The position numbers and the translations under genes were made by a program. This document shows, piece by piece, positions 60,824 to 64,000 of a stretch of DNA of 64,000 nucleotides. Position 1 is the stretch's first letter. Each line of letters starts with the position of its first letter. Origin of the DNA: Felis catus (taxonomy: Eukaryota); contig NC_058368.1 in NCBI RefSeq assembly GCF_018350175.1, forward strand, positions 190,590,001 to 190,654,000, written 5' to 3'. The notes beneath the pieces are model-generated. The model searched no databases, had not been told where the DNA came from, and saw only the letters and a program-made list of their open reading frames with translations.

Positions 60824-63800
60824 CTCTAGAGTTAAACTTTAAGCAATCTTTGGTCTATGTTTGATGGATGTACAATGAAAACCATCCAAAGGAAACTGAC
60901 CTAAAGGAAGTTAAAGCCAATTCAAGTTTATAAGATCTATCCCTTGGGAAAAAGAACAATTAAAAAGGCTCACACTGAGTTTCCACCTACAGAGATGCCA
61001 CCATAAGGGCTTTTGACAACCTTTGTCATATGTTAGTAGGTTACCACCGAACTTTTATGACTTATTGAACAGATAACAAATATAAATGAGGGCTAAACGT
61101 TTGGAGATCACTTTAATTTTTAAAAATCTTCTGAAGAATATTAGCATACTAGAACTTCTAGAATATTGACGATTCATTTGAACTCTTTGTTATACCCCCT
61201 GCTCCTTAATATCCTCAAAGATGTGATTGTCTAGAAGGTATTATATATAAAGATGAGAAAGAATCTCAATTTCTAAAATTAAAGTTTATCAGATTTTAAT
61301 GTAAAAGATTTTTTTTTCCAGTATTAAAACTTTTTCTCATGACCATGGACAAATTTTCTAGTTGGAGGAAGTTGGGAGAAAAAAATAGACACTTAAGAAC
61401 TTAAAATGCATTTTACCAAATTCTGCAGTCAGAACTGAAATACATGATTTAATCTATGCCAAGTTTCCTGCTTATTACCTGGCATACTGTGGTCACTTAG
61501 CACAAATGAAAACCAGAATTTTTTATTATGTCTGTCCCCCACAGGTGCTTCATTTCTATTCTTGGTTTGCTATTATTATTTTTATCCTATTTGTGATCTG
61601 ATTACCTTTAGGATTAAATTCTGCAAGTGGGATCCCATTACTCTTTTTTTTTTATTGGCATAAAATTACCAAGGGGCTCATCTTAGACTTTCATATAACG
61701 ATTAGAACAAACTCAGAGGAAAGAGGTTCAGGGAACCTTCTGTTTTCTTGTCATCCATAGATAGTGTACTTGAGATGGTAAAATACAAAGATGGTCTCTC
61801 TGCTTAAAACACTTAGGCTTAAGGTAATTAGCCATGGAGGGCCTCACAGCTACTACTGTTTATTTGAATGACGGGGCAGGGTATGCTCCTCGGGGCCAAG
61901 GGGGGCTTCTTCTATTTGGCAAAACCCTGTATATAGTACATGCAGATTCTGGCAGTATGATCCTACAGGAAAGAATACCAACGGAGAGCAACTTAACATG
62001 TTTTTAGGGTTTTCCTTTTTAGACTCTTAGTGTTGCAAACTAAGTAGTCTTGCCCGTGAACAACTCAATTCCTCTACATGGGATACCGAGAAGGAGTGAC
62101 TGGAGGGGGTATGGGGTCTGGAAGCCAGCAGGGCTGCTGGTCAAGCTAGGAAACCACCCCTCCCCACCCCCCGCCCCACTCCTAAAACAACACACAGCTT
62201 GCTTTTTACATCCTTTGTATACAAACCTCAGCCTGATGCTTGAGTGTCATCTCAAAAATATCAAACCTCATATTCGTTTCCAAAACTTTCTCTGCTTGTG
62301 AAGTAAGAAAAATTAAAACCTTGTTGAAGGAAAAAAAAAAAACACAAATGCCATCCAGGCCTACCAATATGACCTCATTTAGGATTGTGGGGCTGCTGCT
62401 TGCCAAATGGCATCCAGGACTGTCTAAGCCAGTTACAACTCCATACGGGCTCCTGAGAGTCCATGTCTGTCAGCCACCTGGTTTGTCTACCAGTTTTTAA
62501 GATGCCCACTCATGACTAAACCATTCCCCCTCCAATCGCCCAAAAATAAACTACAGGTAACAACAAGATAAATAGGATGTGCTTCTCCTTGCTGAGTGCA
62601 TTGACTTAAGGCATAGGCACATTTCTCCCTCTTTGAACAGAGATGGTGTAATCCCCTGTCCCAGCACAAGAGCTGGCCAGGGTGACCCTGGAGCATGACG
62701 ATGAAGGTGGAGGGATGAGAGGTAGCTGATGGCGGGAACTAGGGAGGTGCCTCCACGTATGGGGGAGTGGTTTCGCTGGGCCGTTGGGGACACGGTGAGT
62801 CTGAGAGAGACATTTGACTCAGTTTATATTAATTTCCAGTGACCATTTCTGGGGGCAGGTATTTTAGATCAGTGATTGCTGGGTCAGTATTCTTGGAGAA
62901 AATATAATGGTGGATTTAGGAATATAAATATCCCAACAAAAATATATATAAGGATATTGAAGCTAGAGTTTGTGCATATCTTTAGAAATAAAAAAGCAAG
63001 TCTCCCAATTACCTACCAATCCCAGGAAATATATAAAAATTAATTAGGTTTTCTAGGCTCCTCTTAATTAGGTTTCCATTCCCAAATGGTTTCTCTTGGG
63101 GTGGGGGTTCCTCTCTTAAGGATTTTGAGGCTGGAGTCCACTGGATAAAGTCACAAGTGAGGATGAAACAGACTTTGAGCCATTTTTTTCCTTTAAACAG
63201 AGACATATCACCCATTTATTCTTTTCCTGTCAGGCCACTGAGTAGCTTCCAGCCGACTGAGGAGCAGCTGTTATCCTATTTTGTGCTGATTTACAACTCC
63301 TATTTTGACTGTGGGATAATATGTAATTTTGAAGGAACATAGCAGGAGTTGGGTGGGCAGTTCAAACTTTGCTAAAATTCATCCTCCACATTCATCCAAC
63401 TACAAAGGCCCCAGTACATTCGGCTGTGAAGGGAGAATACCATTTTGAGTTCCCACAGCCAACTTCTATGGCGCTGCCCCATCCCTAACTTGAAGAAGGG
63501 GAAGTTGGCGAGCCTTACGAAAGCTAAAAATGGAAACGAAGTATCTACTGCAATACAAGGGTCTCAGTGCTTGAGTGTGACTTAGAGATTCCCGCCATCA
63601 CTGCCTTGTAATGACACTAAAGGGGAAGATGCGTGGCTGCTTAAACATGTAGATGACTATTCGGTAAGAGTCTGATACACTGTGTGGTTTTGAAGGGTCT
63701 GGGGAATATTGGGCTTGAATTAGTGTTTTGATTTTATCATGTAGGTGGTAGGGTTGAAATGGAAATGATGGTGGATATCACAGGGTCACCCATGGTTCCT

Positions 63801-63830
63801 TTTGTACTGAAACCTCATTTTATACAGAGG

Positions 63831-63929
63831 ATATATATATTTATTTATATATATTTATATATATTTATAGCCACCCACACACATACGCATACACCCACGT
63901 CCACACCCACACCCACACCCACCCACACA

Positions 63930-63963
<34 letters not shown>
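63831..63963. repeat. Compound simple repeat: TA-rich, (CCCACA)n, (CA)n
   Basis: Directly visible. Confidence 0.95.
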
Positions 63964-63964
<1 letters not shown>

Positions 63965-64000
63965 GGTCTTTGATAGGCTTTCTGTGTTCTAGTAAAAATA

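Overview
AT-rich, repeat-dense mammalian genomic DNA, most likely from a felid, judging by tRNA-derived Can-SINEs of the SINEC_Fc type and a carnivore/felid-type LINE-1. I found no recognisable host protein-coding gene, RNA gene or CRISPR array. Almost all listed ORFs are SINE, microsatellite or L1 read-throughs. The dominant feature is a full-length (~7.5 kb), dead, minus-strand L1 (20262-27766) with a 12-bp TSD. It sits in a nested stack of older minus-strand L1s spanning ~12.3-31.8 kb, and a second nested L1 block spans ~39.8-45.7 kb. The window also holds 23 Can-SINEs (several nested or stacked, most with readable TSDs), MaLR/ERVL/ERV1 solo LTRs, hAT and Tigger DNA-transposon relics, MIR/L2/CR1 fragments and microsatellites. 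Repeat-poor stretches at ~32.7-34.9 kb and ~55.9-64 kb contain candidate regulatory motifs and two candidate plus-strand exons. I did not find a convincing new biological system. The findings are modest: insertion-history structures, a possible short L1 3' transduction, and candidate enhancer/exon signals. Repeat family names come from recalled consensus features and need RepeatMasker/Dfam confirmation. Boundaries of old elements are approximate.
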